Of a stretch of 64,000 nucleotides of DNA, positions 1 to 12,381 are shown in pieces. Made by a program: the position numbers and the translations under genes. Source of the stretch: Azolla caroliniana (lineage: Eukaryota > Plantae > Polypodiophyta); assembly GCA_043228905.1 (NCBI GenBank), contig JBHGNT010000015.1:7254001-7318000 (forward strand). The letters run 5' to 3'. The first letter of the stretch is position 1. Each line of letters starts with the position of its first letter. A model generated the notes under the pieces. It made no database searches. It saw nothing but the letters and a program-made list of their open reading frames with translations, and was not told where the DNA came from.

Positions 1-1307
1 TGTCGTCTGCAAGCCTCTTCATCCCCTTCTCGCTCATGTGACACAGCCTTTTGTGCCACAACTCACCGGCAATGTCGGATGCCATGTTCACTTCCTCCGG
101 ACATAACCGAGCATTCATCAGGTACAACGTGTTTACCTTCTGGGCCCGAGCCACAATCAGGCTCCCTTTGCTGAACTTCATAACACCGTTCCGGATGCTA
201 CCTATGTAGCCTTCATCATCTAGCCGACCGGCTGATATTAGGTTCAGACGAACCTCCAGAATGTGTCGGACATCCTTCAGCAACATCTTGCATCCGGTTG
301 GTGTTGCCAGCCACACGTTTCCTATGCCGAAAATTCGGCATGTACCTTCATTCCCCATCCAGACACAACCGTGATCACCGACTGAGTAGGATGAGAAGCA
401 TTTCCGGTCCGGGGTAAGGTGGAACGACGCTCCAGAGTCGACAACCCAGGTCATCTCGTCGCCGACAAGGTTTATCTCACTCTCCTCGGTGATGAGCATC
501 AACTCTTCTTCACTTGACGCGATTGCCGTCGTTCCCTTCCGGTTCGGTTTCCTTGTCCTTTCGGAAATGCCGACAGTTCTTTTGGAAGTGTCCCGGTTTG
601 CCGCAATAGAAGCAAGTAGGCCTCCCCCTTGAATTTGATCGTGTCCTCGACTTTTCCCGGTTTTGGGGACTACGGTTTCTTTATCTTCCAGGTTCCGATT
701 TGGTAAGGAGTGTTTTGGAGTCGGAGCTCGTATCCTTATCTTTCCGACACGCCTCCTCATCTAGCAAGCTCGACTTCACTATGGCTAGGGATAACTGTTT
801 CCCTTCCGGCCCGGCGTTGCCCAAGGTGACAACCAACGTCTCCCAGCTATCTGGGAGGGAACCGAGCAAGAGCAGCGCTAGTACCTCATCGGCGAGAGGT
901 ACTTCCAATGATGTTGCCTGGTGAATCAGCCCCTGGAAGGCATTCATGTGCTCCGCCATGCTGGAGCCATCTTGGTACCGGAGTCTTACTAGCTTCCGGA
1001 ATACCGAAACCTGATTAACAACATTTTTGTTTTGAAACATAATGACGATCTTCTCCCAGAGCTCATGAGCCTTGCTCTCTTCATTGAAGTTGTTGTATAG
1101 GCTCATGTCGATGAAGCACCGTATGTACGCCGTTGTCTTCATGTGCATCACCTCCCATATCGCGACGTCGATCTTGTCCAGTCTCTTGTCCCCGAACTAA
1201 ACAGGCAACCAAAGATCTTTAACCACGAGCATGTCCCTCATCTTCGACTTCCACACCGAATAGTTGGAGCCGGTGAGCTTGAACATACCTCCCAATGAAT
1301 CATCCAT
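1..1307 (-). pseudogene. Cop1 gag-pol 5' part, disrupted
   Basis: ATG at 1307 (MDDSLGGMFKLTGSNYS). In-frame stops near 1198 and 681. Short deletion near 540 relative to Cop2. Confidence 0.88.
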
Positions 1308-1323
1308 TTTTTTGTGTCGTTTC

Positions 1324-1335
1324 GCTCTGATACCA
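1324..1335 (-). promoter_or_regulatory. PBS complementary to tRNA-iMet (TGGTATCAGAGC)
   Basis: Plus strand gctctgatacca, 2 nt from the LTR end. Confidence 0.95.
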
Positions 1336-1337
1336 CT

Positions 1338-2037
1338 TGACAGGAACTACACGCTCCCGATTAGCAACGCTTGGCCATAACCGAGCTTAGAATCAAACAC
1401 AAAAAACGGGGAATGAATGCTCGACACAATGGAGAGAAGAGAACACAGGATGTTAACGTGGAAAACCCAAACTAGGGAAAAAACCACGGCAACCTACAGA
1501 CTGCAAACTATCACTATGTTAGAATGTACAAATGGTAAAGCACCGAAGAAACGACCTCGAGCTTTCTATCTTCGCCACAGGCGGCGGTTACAACAGAGGC
1601 AACGCCCTCCTCCTCTCTCTCACTCTCTCTGTACACAGTTGCGCGCTCTAATCTTGCACCAACAAGAATGACAACAACCTTACATTAAGTTTGCCCTAAG
1701 TCATATTTATACTAATATGACTTTCCGACTATTTACAAATATAGCCCCGATGGACTCTCAGAAACATATTTGCGAATATGTCCCTTCATCCGGTGAGCAC
1801 TCCTCACCGGGCCTGCATCATCCGGTGCTTGCCGTGCACATGTCATCCGGTTCTCACCGGGTCTTCCGTTGCCGGGTATTCCACATCCGGTTCTCACCGG
1901 GTCTTCACCATCTGGCTCTTGCCGGGTACTCATCATCCGGTTCTCACCAGGTCTTCCGTTGTCGGGTACTCCACATCCGGTTTCGGCCTCGGCTGATAGG
2001 CCGAGACTTCCCATTCGGAGGGACATGTTTCCTAACA
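1338..2037 (-). repeat. Cop1 5' LTR with CCGG-rich internal repeats (~1786-1990)
   Basis: TG...CA termini (tgacagg...cctaaca). Aligns by eye with the Cop2 LTRs. Confidence 0.9.
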
Positions 2038-4766
2038 TGTGTTGCAAGACTTAACCGCCGCCGAAGCAGAACGCTCGAAGATTGTAGAGTTTGGTATGAA
2101 TTTGGAAGGACCAGCCGCGTGATGGCGCTTGACGTACCTTCCTGGCACCAACACTACGTTTGAGGACTTGAAAACCAAATTTTTATAATTCTTCAACAAG
2201 GAGGTGGATCAATGGGAGATGGTCAGCCTATTCTACACCATACAACAAGAACCTACAGAAACCATTCAACAAGTCATAATTCGGTTCCAGCGAATGAACG
2301 GCCAGCTAAGTCGGGCACCACCGGAAGTAGAGGCTAAAGCAATATTCCTAACAGCACTCCGGGAACCCCTACGTACGGTGTGCGCAGTCATTGATTTCCG
2401 CACCAACACGATTGACCAGGTCATAGACCTGGTCGGTGAGATGGAGAAAACAAGCTCGTGGCTAATAATGGGGGCACTCCAGCGTGCTTTACAGACAGAC
2501 GAAGACCTACGTTTTCGGCAAGCTATACAATGTGCGACTTGTCTCAATGCCGGGCACTCTGCAATAGAATGTACGATGCGGTCACAGTGCATGTTATGCC
2601 ATTCCAGGTCGCACATAATAGACCGATGCGAATATAACTTACTGAACCGGCAAGCAGCACCGGTAAGACAAATCGATACCCATAGCGACCGGGAAGAGGA
2701 TGAAGAACGTTGGCATCGAGACGAGCGTTACCGGCCGGTACAGGATGCCCTGTACACCGATAGAAGGGACACTTATGACCGGGACCGGTACGACAGGTAC
2801 CGGGATTATAATGGTGACCGTTTTGATCGCGATCACTCTCCAAGTTACAACCGAAGGAGAGAGGATCAACGCGGGGATTACGAAGATCGCTGCCAATAGG
2901 GATACAAGAACCACCGACGTTTCAATAAGAAACAAAACAACCGAAAGGAGGAGCGTCAGGAATCAGTGAAGGAATACCCATGAGAGCCGGAGAGAGGCTT
3001 AAGTGGCACCCAGCCAGAACAAAGACGAACGGAAGAGCCTAATAGACCGACAACAGGATTTCAACCAAGTACCGGGCCAAAAGCAGAATCCAGCAATACT
3101 CGAAAAGCGTATTGTTATTATTGCCGGCAGGAAGACCATTACAACAACCAATGCCCGGTGAAAAGTAACGAAAAATGACCGACAGTCAATATGGTGGTAG
3201 CAGCAGCCGATATGGTGGTAGCAAAGGTCGCAGATATACAACAAGACACCACTAGGTCAAAAGGAAAGACGATGGAGTGGGAAGCACAAGAGGCTATCTG
3301 GAAACAGGCCACCGAATGGGTAGAGAAGGCGAATGAACGGAATGCAGCCGAAGTCAAACAACAAAATGCGGCACCGGTGGAGCTCATCGACACAATCCAG
3401 GCAGAAAACCTAACATGGCAGGCGTTACAGGAATGTCAAATTACGTTGCTATTAGGCCGGCTACTACAATTAGTACCCCGGTTCACGGATGGGCTGAAAT
3501 CGGCAATACCAACAACAAACTTGTCACCGGCTCCGACTTTCTTTTCCAACCCAGAGGAAGGACCAGCGGTGGTGGACACAAGCAGTTCGGCAATCACTGC
3601 CATTGTCAAAGGACACGAGCTACCGGGGACGATCGTCGACGGAGGATCGAGCATTAATGTAATCAGCCTCCATACTTGTGACACCTTGGGAATCTAGGAG
3701 TGGGAGCCATGCCCGTTTTGGCTTCGGATGGCAAATATGAGTTCGGTAAGACCCACCGGTTTAATACGAGATCTGTAGGTAACAATTGGAGGACATACAT
3801 TCCGCATTTCTGTGGTAGTTCTCTAGTTAAATACCCAAGGGGCTTACCCACTATTGCTTGGACGACCATGGTTGCGGACGGCGCACATTAAGCAAAATTG
3901 GCGAAAGAACGTGATTACGTTCCGACGAAGCAAAACCAAAGTACGGGTATCGAGACATCCACAAACCGGAATCGACAAAGAGCTAACACTGTTATACGTT
4001 GAAAGCGTTAATATGCTGGAAGGGCTTGCTGATGAGGAAGTCAATCCGTATCTCAAGGATAATCCAAAAATCGTACCCTTGTTTGAAATAGATGTGGCCG
4101 AAGCAGTCTCTCCGTATGTTGCACAACTGGAAGATGCCGGAGAGGAACCAGACAGAGATGTCGTCAGAGAACTACGTCAAGCACAGGAGGCCCTAGAACG
4201 GGAAATGGAGGTATCTCAAAGGGTGAAGCCATCCCATCTAGAAGAAGTAGACTTGGGAACCGGAGAGGAAGCACGACCAGTACATATTGCCAAATAAATT
4301 TCACTGGAAAACAAAACGACAATGATTACATTATTGAAAGAGTTCTAGGACGTATTTTCCTAGTCCTATGAGGATATGCGAGGGCTGGATCCGCAGATGT
4401 ATCAACACCAGATACATCTCAGCAAAGACGCCAAACTGGTAGCACAAGGAGTCGGTTTTATCCAACCGGTAAAGAAAGCCACATGGTTGAGTCCGATGGT
4501 CGTCGTGCCGAAAAAGAACGGGAAGACCCGGGTGTGCATCGATTACCGGAAACTGAATGCCGCAACGGTGACCTATGCCTTTCCATTTCCATTCATGGAT
4601 GGAGTTCTGGATGCGGTAGCCGGTCATGAGGTTTATAGCTTCCTAGAAGGATTCAATGGTTACAATCTAATACGGATGCACCCCGATGACCAAGAAAAGA
4701 CGGCGTTCGTTATTGAGTGGGGAGTTTTTGTTGCCGTAGTGATGATGTTTGGACTCAAGACAGCAC
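2038..4766 (+). pseudogene. Element A gag (three CCHC knuckles), protease and N-terminal RT, decayed
   Basis: Motifs CATCLNAGHSAIEC, CMLCHSRSHIIDRC, CYYCRQEDHYNNQC, IVDGGS, LGRPWL, WLSPMVVVPKKNGKTRVCIDYRKLN and MMFGLKTA. Many stops. Confidence 0.88.
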
Positions 4767-6711
4767 TGTTGCGTGGTTTTTCACACACGATATGAAAAAT
4801 AGTAAAATAATTATTTACGATTAGCTTAATATATGGATATGGAAAGATAGATGTGTTAAAGAGCTTTATAGCATATTTTACTACGCATAAAACGGATAAA
4901 CAAGTATCAAGTTATGTGAGTGTGAAGTTTGAAGAAAAGAAAAGAAAAGACAAAATTGTGAGATATCCCACATAGATAGGACAACATTGGAACCCAGAAT
5001 ATATAAGGGAAACCAAAACATATTCATTCTATCAATGTGTGGAGCATAGGATGTTCAAGGTGACTTGGGCTACACTATGTGGTGTGCACGCTTTGGGCGT
5101 ATGCGCGTCTACATGGCTGCGTGGACGTTTTCGGAAATACGCGCGCATGGACGTCTTCAGATGTACGCGCGTGTGCAAGTTTCGGGCGTACACATGGACA
5201 TTTTGGACGGACGCGTATGTGCAGACGAGCGTGTAGATGCGTGTGTGTGCACGCGCGCATGCGTGGACGTTTCGGACAGACACGTATGTGCGGCGCGAAC
5301 GAGACTTTTGTGCGTGGATGCGTATACGGTGCGGGTTGGACGCGCTGTCGTGACGATTTTCGGCTACGGTGTGAAACCGAGTGAGACGAATAAACCAAGG
5401 ATGTGCAACATTGCACATACACTTAGCAAATAAGCCTCCTAAGGCCTAGTGGCACTTGAGTTCATACAGAGGGGTGCAAGCAAGGTTTGAACCTTGCACC
5501 TCTAAGATACAAGATAATTGCCTTACCACTAGGACAACTATCATATAGTGTAGAATTTATGTATTTCCTTTTCATATACAAATTATAGACGAAACAACCA
5601 TAGAAAACCATGTGCACAAAACCATGGTTTTAAACCCATGGCTTGTGCATGACATAAGCAAAACCGTGTGCACAAAACCATGGTTTTAGCCCATGGTTTT
5701 GTGCATGTCACGAGCATGGGAAGACCTATAAAAGCCTCTAGTTGGGCTTGTGTAAGGGGGGCTCAATATGTGATATCACCAACACCATTATCATCAATAT
5801 AATTATATTTGTCTTTATCTTCTTCATTATTTTTCTACTTCTCAAGTGTACAATCTTTCTTCTTCTCGAGTAAACCAATTTCATCTAATCTTACATTGAT
5901 CGTCATCTAGCTTCGATAAATCCGCGATCGTCCTCCCCAGTCCAAGACCCCGGTGGTCGCTCGAGTAGCACACGCACGCGCGAATCTTCGCGACAGCGTG
6001 TGCGCGTGGATGCGTACACTACGGCGCGGTTGGGCCGTGCGCATGCGTGGATGTGTACACTACTACGTGGTCGAGACTTTTGCACGCTGACGCGTCTACG
6101 GTTTGGTTGCGACGCATGTACGGATTGCGCACGGGCTAAACTTTATAGATGATTGTTGCATTTGGCCGAATTATACGGACAATCGCATGCAACCAAAAGC
6201 CAAGGTCATGCAACTAAAAGTAAAAAGGCATGCATCTAAAAATGGAAGCATGCGACTAAAAGCAGAGGCCATGCAACTAAAAATAGAGGCCATCCGACTA
6301 AAAGTGGGCATGCAAAGTAACATTGGGGAGGAGGATCAACGAGGAGCTCGATATATGTCCCAGTTTTTCCCTCTTAGTTATTTTTTTCTTTTTTTTCCCC
6401 TTCTTTCTTCTTCCCTCTTGGATTTGAGAAGAAAATTATCTCAGATATTGATATCAAACTCTTAGCTTTGTTTACTTGAGCTTTCTTGTAAAAAATTATC
6501 TCTTGTATTCATATGGGACCACTCCTTGCATGGTTGTTGGCTCCTTTCTTTGAAAAACTAATCTCTCATTTCCATACCCAACCGATTGTAACACGATTCT
6601 GAAATTATAAAGAATCGGTTTTCTTTTGCAATAAAGAAATGATTTGTCTCTCCCACTTGTCTTATGCTTAAAACTTGCTTGTGTTGTACGTGTTGCACTA
6701 AATCCTTCTAG
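4767..6711 (+). repeat. B 5' LTR (contains solo LTR S; U5 end and PBS missing)
   Basis: Matches 12382-13637 apart from the 650-bp insert and small indels. Confidence 0.9.
5346..5995 (+). mobile_element. S: solo LTR of a related TGTCG..CGACA family
   Basis: Absent from B's 3' LTR. Termini tgtcgtg...cgcgaca. Flanks gcgc/gcgt. TATA ctataaaa at ~5726. U5 resembles the H LTR. Confidence 0.9.
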
Positions 6712-6713
6712 GT

Positions 6714-8852
6714 ATGGTGTCCATAGTGGAATACATGCTGAAGGTGAGAGATCGAGAAGCTTTAATCGACAAAGCTGTTGATCGTACGGTTGAGATAGCT
6801 GGACGATTTGGTGGCAAGAACATCACGGATCTTCTTGCTACCTATCGGAACGAGATGCAACAAAGGGATGTCAATGATCTCAAACAAATTTCTAGCTTCA
6901 AACGTGTGGTGGAACCACAAATCCGCGAGCGCATCATGGAGATCCAAAGCGAGCATGCAACTTGGGCGGAGTTCGAAAAGGTGCTTCTCGCCGAATACAT
7001 GCTTGAAGACGCATCGCGGATGATTCGACATACACTAATGTCTTGGATCGAGAAGAAAGGGAAGAATATGTGTGCGTCTGGAGTATATGCCGAATTCGAC
7101 CAGAAGTATAACCGACTTCCGAGTGTTGATCAACGAGTTCTCAATGGAGATAAAGTCCTACTATTCTTGAAGGCAGTGGATGCCAAAGATCGGCGTGAAT
7201 TGGGTAACTTTTTGGAGGATGAAACACAACCAAATGGCTTGGTGGCGGACTGGGCGGCAGTGAAGAAGGCTTGTAGCCGTCTTGATAAGCGTCGACAATG
7301 GCAAGAGGAAACTGATATGGAGAATCCACAATCGTGGAGGAGGAATGCACCTGTGATGATTGAGTCTAACAAGCTGATCAACAATTTCGACAAGAAAGTG
7401 ATGGAGGAATCTATAATCGAAGAGCTCTCCAAGAAGTTTGAAGCGGTATCGTTGGCCAACTTAGGTCGACGCGGGTCAAAGGGAAAAGAAGCATATAGAT
7501 GTGTGTGGTGCGACAGCTTCGAGCACTCACGAAGGGAGTGCACTGACTTGCAAGACGCGATTCGCAAGAATGTCGTCTATTTGGACGGCAACATGATTCA
7601 CTCGAGCGAGACCCGAAATCCGCTACGTGTGAACTTTGGAAGAGGCGGGTTGAAAAAGATTGTGGAAGAGGAAGATGCAAGGCATGTGGAAGCCATGCAC
7701 TACGCCGCATCGGCGGGAATACGAGTCGGAAGAGAGAATCTAAAGACGATCAAGCCGGGAATTGGGTTTTGGCCAACGGTATTCGAGTGTGAAAAGAAAG
7801 GAAAAATAGATTTGGAGGATCTCAAACATGCTGATCAGAATGTGCGACGCGTAACCGGATGGTCGGATCCAGTCGACGATAACACAAGCTTTGCGGAGGT
7901 TGTGTGTGACAACTATGAGGCTCTTGTCGAAGAGAAGAGGAAAAGAACCGGTGAAGAAGATGGCACCTCAAAGCGTCACAATACAAGGAATGCAGGGAAA
8001 GAAGGACAAGCCCAACCTATGCCACGAAAAGAGATAGGAGAAACAAGCATGAAGCCCGGTGGATCGAGCCAACCTTCTCAGATGGAAGTCGATGAATCTG
8101 TGAAGAAAGGAAAGGAACGAGTGGCGCCGACTTACAAGCTAAGGTCGGACATAGAACAAACAACCAACTTGCGGAAGGTCCTTGAGGAGAAGGTTTTAGA
8201 CAGTCATGTCGACCTTACTTTGAGAGAGCTACTTGGGATCGCTAAGAAGGAGTTCCATGATACTATCGTGGACTTGATTAAGCGGAAGCGGCAACAATCG
8301 GATGAAGAAGAGGTGAAAAAAAGTGCCATAACAATGGCAAGATCCGAAGAGGAGGAGGAGGAAGAAGTGATGGCGGACAACCATTACTCTCGGCCTCATT
8401 GGGCAAGAGCGACAACAGAGACGCCGGTGAAGATCGGAGAGAAGAAGGAGACCGTGGTAGCCTTGATTGACCATGGTTCGGAGATCAACCTCATGTCGAC
8501 CGAATTCTACAAGAAAGGAAGATGGCCGATCAACACAAACCACGGATGGAAGATACGAGCGGCAACGAAGGCCACAGAAGACCTGTACGGAGCTTGCCCC
8601 AATGTTAAAGTCACGATCGGAGATGTGGATATGGATCAACAATTCTTCGTGCAAGACTCGGCTTCACATCCCGTCATCCTAGGACAACCATATATCACAT
8701 CGTCCTGGATGGAGACTAAGGTGTTCGATAACGGAGCGGCTTTCGCGCGAGTCAAGAGCCTTGACAATCAAAGATCTGTTCAATTCCTTATGGTGTGGGC
8801 TAATCACAAAAGGAACCGAGATAGCCTTGCAGGCGAATCCTCAGATTTTTAG
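6714..8852 (+). CDS. B ORF1: Gag (CCHC knuckle, DUF4100-like region inferred) fused to aspartic protease, 712 aa, open
   Basis: CVWCDSFEHSRREC, ALIDHGSEINLM and VILGQPY motifs. Homologous to the E ORF at 31228-33340. Confidence 0.88.
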   Translation: MVSIVEYMLKVRDREALIDKAVDRTVEIAGRFGGKNITDLLATYRNEMQQRDVNDLKQISSFKRVVEPQIRERIMEIQSEHATWAEFEKVLLAEYMLEDASRMIRHTLMSWIEKKGKNMCASGVYAEFDQKYNRLPSVDQRVLNGDKVLLFLKAVDAKDRRELGNFLEDETQPNGLVADWAAVKKACSRLDKRRQWQEETDMENPQSWRRNAPVMIESNKLINNFDKKVMEESIIEELSKKFEAVSLANLGRRGSKGKEAYRCVWCDSFEHSRRECTDLQDAIRKNVVYLDGNMIHSSETRNPLRVNFGRGGLKKIVEEEDARHVEAMHYAASAGIRVGRENLKTIKPGIGFWPTVFECEKKGKIDLEDLKHADQNVRRVTGWSDPVDDNTSFAEVVCDNYEALVEEKRKRTGEEDGTSKRHNTRNAGKEGQAQPMPRKEIGETSMKPGGSSQPSQMEVDESVKKGKERVAPTYKLRSDIEQTTNLRKVLEEKVLDSHVDLTLRELLGIAKKEFHDTIVDLIKRKRQQSDEEEVKKSAITMARSEEEEEEEVMADNHYSRPHWARATTETPVKIGEKKETVVALIDHGSEINLMSTEFYKKGRWPINTNHGWKIRAATKATEDLYGACPNVKVTIGDVDMDQQFFVQDSASHPVILGQPYITSSWMETKVFDNGAAFARVKSLDNQRSVQFLMVWANHKRNRDSLAGESSDF

Positions 8853-11800
8853 AGCGGACTATTGAAGCGTGGGGCACAAATAGTCCGAGCAATCATAAGT
8901 CCCCACAAGGAAGCGAAATAAGTGGATCGCAAGGAGAAGCAACATGTGTGACACCTAGTGGCGCATGTAAACTAGCAGTACTCAACAAGAAGGACAAGTG
9001 TAAGATACAAGACTTCGAGAAGATGCTGAAAGAAGAAAGCATAATCGAAGAAGAAGAATTCGTTTCTCATATTCTAGAGGAAGCCTCATTTAACGACACC
9101 ATTGGTGAAATCGAGGAAGTCGTGGACTTGAGCTACCCTCACGATCAAAATGTGATTTCGGTTAACTCCGTCAACATGTACACTATCATCGATGAATATC
9201 ATCGAGGCATCTTGATGGAGGAAGCTGAAGTCAACACAAAATATAAAACGGTGGATAAGAAGATCAAGCCAGTTGCGGTTCCGCTACCGGAAGATAGCTG
9301 GCAGAAGATGAAAGAAGTTGCCAATGATCCGAGCTTAAGGGATCCAAAGGCAATAGGTCATGTCTTCACCAAAGAGACGAAAGGAAAGCTACAAGTTGGA
9401 AGGGAAGATTTCCTTCTCCCCGAAGAGGAGAGAATGTTCCGCGGAATGCTTGAGAGACATGGGAAAGCCTTTGCCTTCTCTCCACAAGAGATCGGATGTG
9501 CCGACCCGAAGATGATAGACCCGATGGTGATTTTACGGTGCCACATGTACCTTGGAACCTCAAGCCGATACCGGTTCCAAGAGCTCACATTCCAAAGTTG
9601 ATTGAGCTTCTAAAGGAAAAGGTTAGGATGGGAATTCTTGAGCCATCCAATGCTCCCTACTCTAATAGATGGTTTACGGTGCCGAAGAAGAACGGGTCCT
9701 TACGCTTTATACAAGATCTCCAACCCGTCAACAAGGTGACGATCCGAAATGCCGGAATTGGTCCAAGCGTGGATGAATTTGCTGAAGCCTTCATGGGAAG
9801 ATCGATCTATTCCATTGGAGATCTCTACTCGGGCTATGATCAATTTCAATTGGCCGTCGATAGTAGAGACATAACGACAATGAGGACGCTGATCGGGTTG
9901 GTAAGGATGTGCACCTTACCCCAAGGTGCAACAAATTCCGTAGCCCACATGGTGAATGCCATGAATAAAGTGTTGAGGGATTGCATCCCCGATATCACAA
10001 TGCCCTTCTTAGATGACATTCCAATCAAAGGATGCTTGATGGAAGAGAAAGATGAATCGAAAGATGAAGATGGTTGTCGAAGATTCGTCATCGATCATAT
10101 AAAGGATAGCGAGAAGGTGTTGCAAAAGCTTGAGGATGCGAATCTCACGCTTTCGGGAGAGAAGTCTACATTCGGTCAACCAAAAATATTGGTAGTAGGA
10201 CACTTATGTGGGTCTTATGGCCGGAAACCATCTCCATCCAAGGTGAACGCTATTCAAGAGATGAAAGAAGAATGTGTGTCTCAAACGGAGGTGCGTAAAT
10301 TCTTGGGAGCATGTGCATTCTATCACATATGGATTGCACATTATGCCCATGTCGCTGAACCATTGTATGGACTATTAAAGAAAAGGACGAAGTTCGAATG
10401 GGAAGATGAGCATACCTACGCGATTCGAAAGCTAAAGAAACTATTATTGGAAGCTCCAACACTGCGCAAAGCCGACTACACCGATGGTACCCCGATATAT
10501 GTGATGGTGGATACGAGCCCAACCGGAATTGGATGGGTGATAAACCAAGAAGACAAAGAAAAGAATCAGTATGCAATCCGATTCGGTGCGAAGGTGTTAA
10601 CCGAAAGACAAAGGAAGTATGCTCAAGTAAAGAGAGAGTTATGGGGAATAGTATCCACGGTTAAAACTGACCGTGACTACCTTATAGGAATAGAGGTCAT
10701 AATCGAAACCGACTGTCTACCTATTCTCGGAATGATATTCGGTTGTGCTACACCGGATATTGCTATGCTGCGATGGATTACCTATATCAAGTCCCTCAAC
10801 CCCGAGATTCAGCATATAAATGGAAAGCATAATGTGGTGGCCGATATGTTGTCAAGGGCGAGGTATGAGGGTGAAGAAGATTTGCACTCCGACGAAGAGG
10901 ATGTTGGCCTAAACTTCTTTACGGTTTCTTGTGCTTGGGTGCTAGCAGTGTTCAAAGTAGAAGATTATGAGGGTGAATTCATCGAAATTGGCAAATACTT
11001 AAGCTCTCTTACAAAAGATGAATCATGGTCAAAGGAAGACTTCTACCGAATTAGGAAGAAGGCCTACAAGTTCTTCCTCAAAGAAGGACATCTATGGAAG
11101 TTTTCGAAGAAAAAGAATGGAACTCCACTTCGAGTGGTGTGCAAGAAACAGGATCAACAAACACTAATTGTTGAATTTCATGATAGTGTGTGGGCAGGTC
11201 ATCGTGGTATATGGGCAACATTTGCAAAGTTCAAGGAGAAGTATTGGTGGCCGGGTGTTTACAAAGATGTAGCAAGCTATGTTGAAACATGTGAGCAATG
11301 CCAATTATACTCGAATATTCAACATAGGGATGAACTTCATAGGGATGAACTTCATCCGACATATCCATTATCAATGCACTATAAGTGGTTGGTAGACATA
11401 GTGGTTATGCCAATGGGATTGGGGCAATTGAAATATCTCGTGTTAGCAAGAGAGGATCTCACCAACCAAGTAGAAGGACGGACGCTAAGGAATAAAAAAA
11501 CTTCGGCGGTTTGTAGGTTTCTCCTTGACGATGTTATTTGTCGATACGGATGTGTCGGCAAAATAGTGGCCGATAGAGGAGAATTAGATGCGAATGAAGC
11601 TAAAGAGTTCTTTTCAAGAATAGGTGTCAAATTATCGCTCACCATGGCATACAACCCGGATGCAAATGGGAAGGTGGAACGAGGACATAGTCCAATTGTA
11701 AAAGCTCTAGCAAAGGCTTGCGATGGCAAGATGGGAAATTGGCCACGATTACTACCTTATGCATTGTGGGCAGATAGAACTACACATAGCACGACTACGG

Positions 11801-12312
11801 GATATATGCCCGCCGTACTCATATTAGGACAAAAACCAATAATGCCTATTGAGCAAAGTGTTGCTTCGTGGACGTCTTTGCCATGGCAAGAGGAATTGAG
11901 TCGGGAAGACTTGCTAGCCACGAGGATTCAACAATTAGAACGAAGGCCCAAAGATGTCGAGTTGGCAATAGAACGGTTGTGCCAAGCTCGATTGAAGAAC
12001 AAGGAGAATTTTGATAGAAAGCATCGTCTTCGACAAAGAAAAATTGAAGAAGGAGATTGGGTTCTTGTCTATGATAGTAGTCTTGATGATCAATATAGCA
12101 CTGCTCGAAAGTTCGCAAAACGATGGTTTGGCCCGTATATGGTCAAGAAAGTAGAAAGCAATGCAACCTATTTTTTAGCGGAGTTGGATGGAACTTGACT
12201 TGCTTTGCCGATAGCAAGGAAGAGGATCAAGATCTTTAAGAGAAGAGAAGCCCCAAATCTTGAGATCGAAGATCTAGATGATGTATCCTCGAACATTGAG
12301 GTTGAAGAATAG
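8843..12312 (+). pseudogene. B ORF2: RT, RNase H and integrase, in the -1 frame relative to ORF1
   Basis: RT motifs DLYSGYDQ and PFLDD, RNase H, HHCC (HDS..GH..CEQC), and a GPY module. 1-nt frameshift near 9535 and a premature stop at 12196. Confidence 0.9.
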
Positions 12313-12381
12313 TAATTAAAAAAGAGGAACTTCACCACAATTGGCACATACCGGTGGATGTGCAGGTTTGGTGGGGGTGAA

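Larger units (their letters stand above)
1..2037 (-). mobile_element. Cop1: Ty1/copia LTR retrotransposon (Tnt1/Tork-like), 5' part only; runs off the left edge of the window
   Basis: LTR at 1338-2037, tRNA-iMet PBS, and gag, CCHC knuckle, protease (WVVDSGASFH) and GAG-pre-integrase (LWHKRLCH) on the minus strand. Clearly homologous to Cop2 at 54049-62235. Confidence 0.93.

Noticed and set aside
11323-11355. HRDEL-HRDEL duplication in B integrase
   Set aside because: A simple 15-bp slippage duplication, absent from E.
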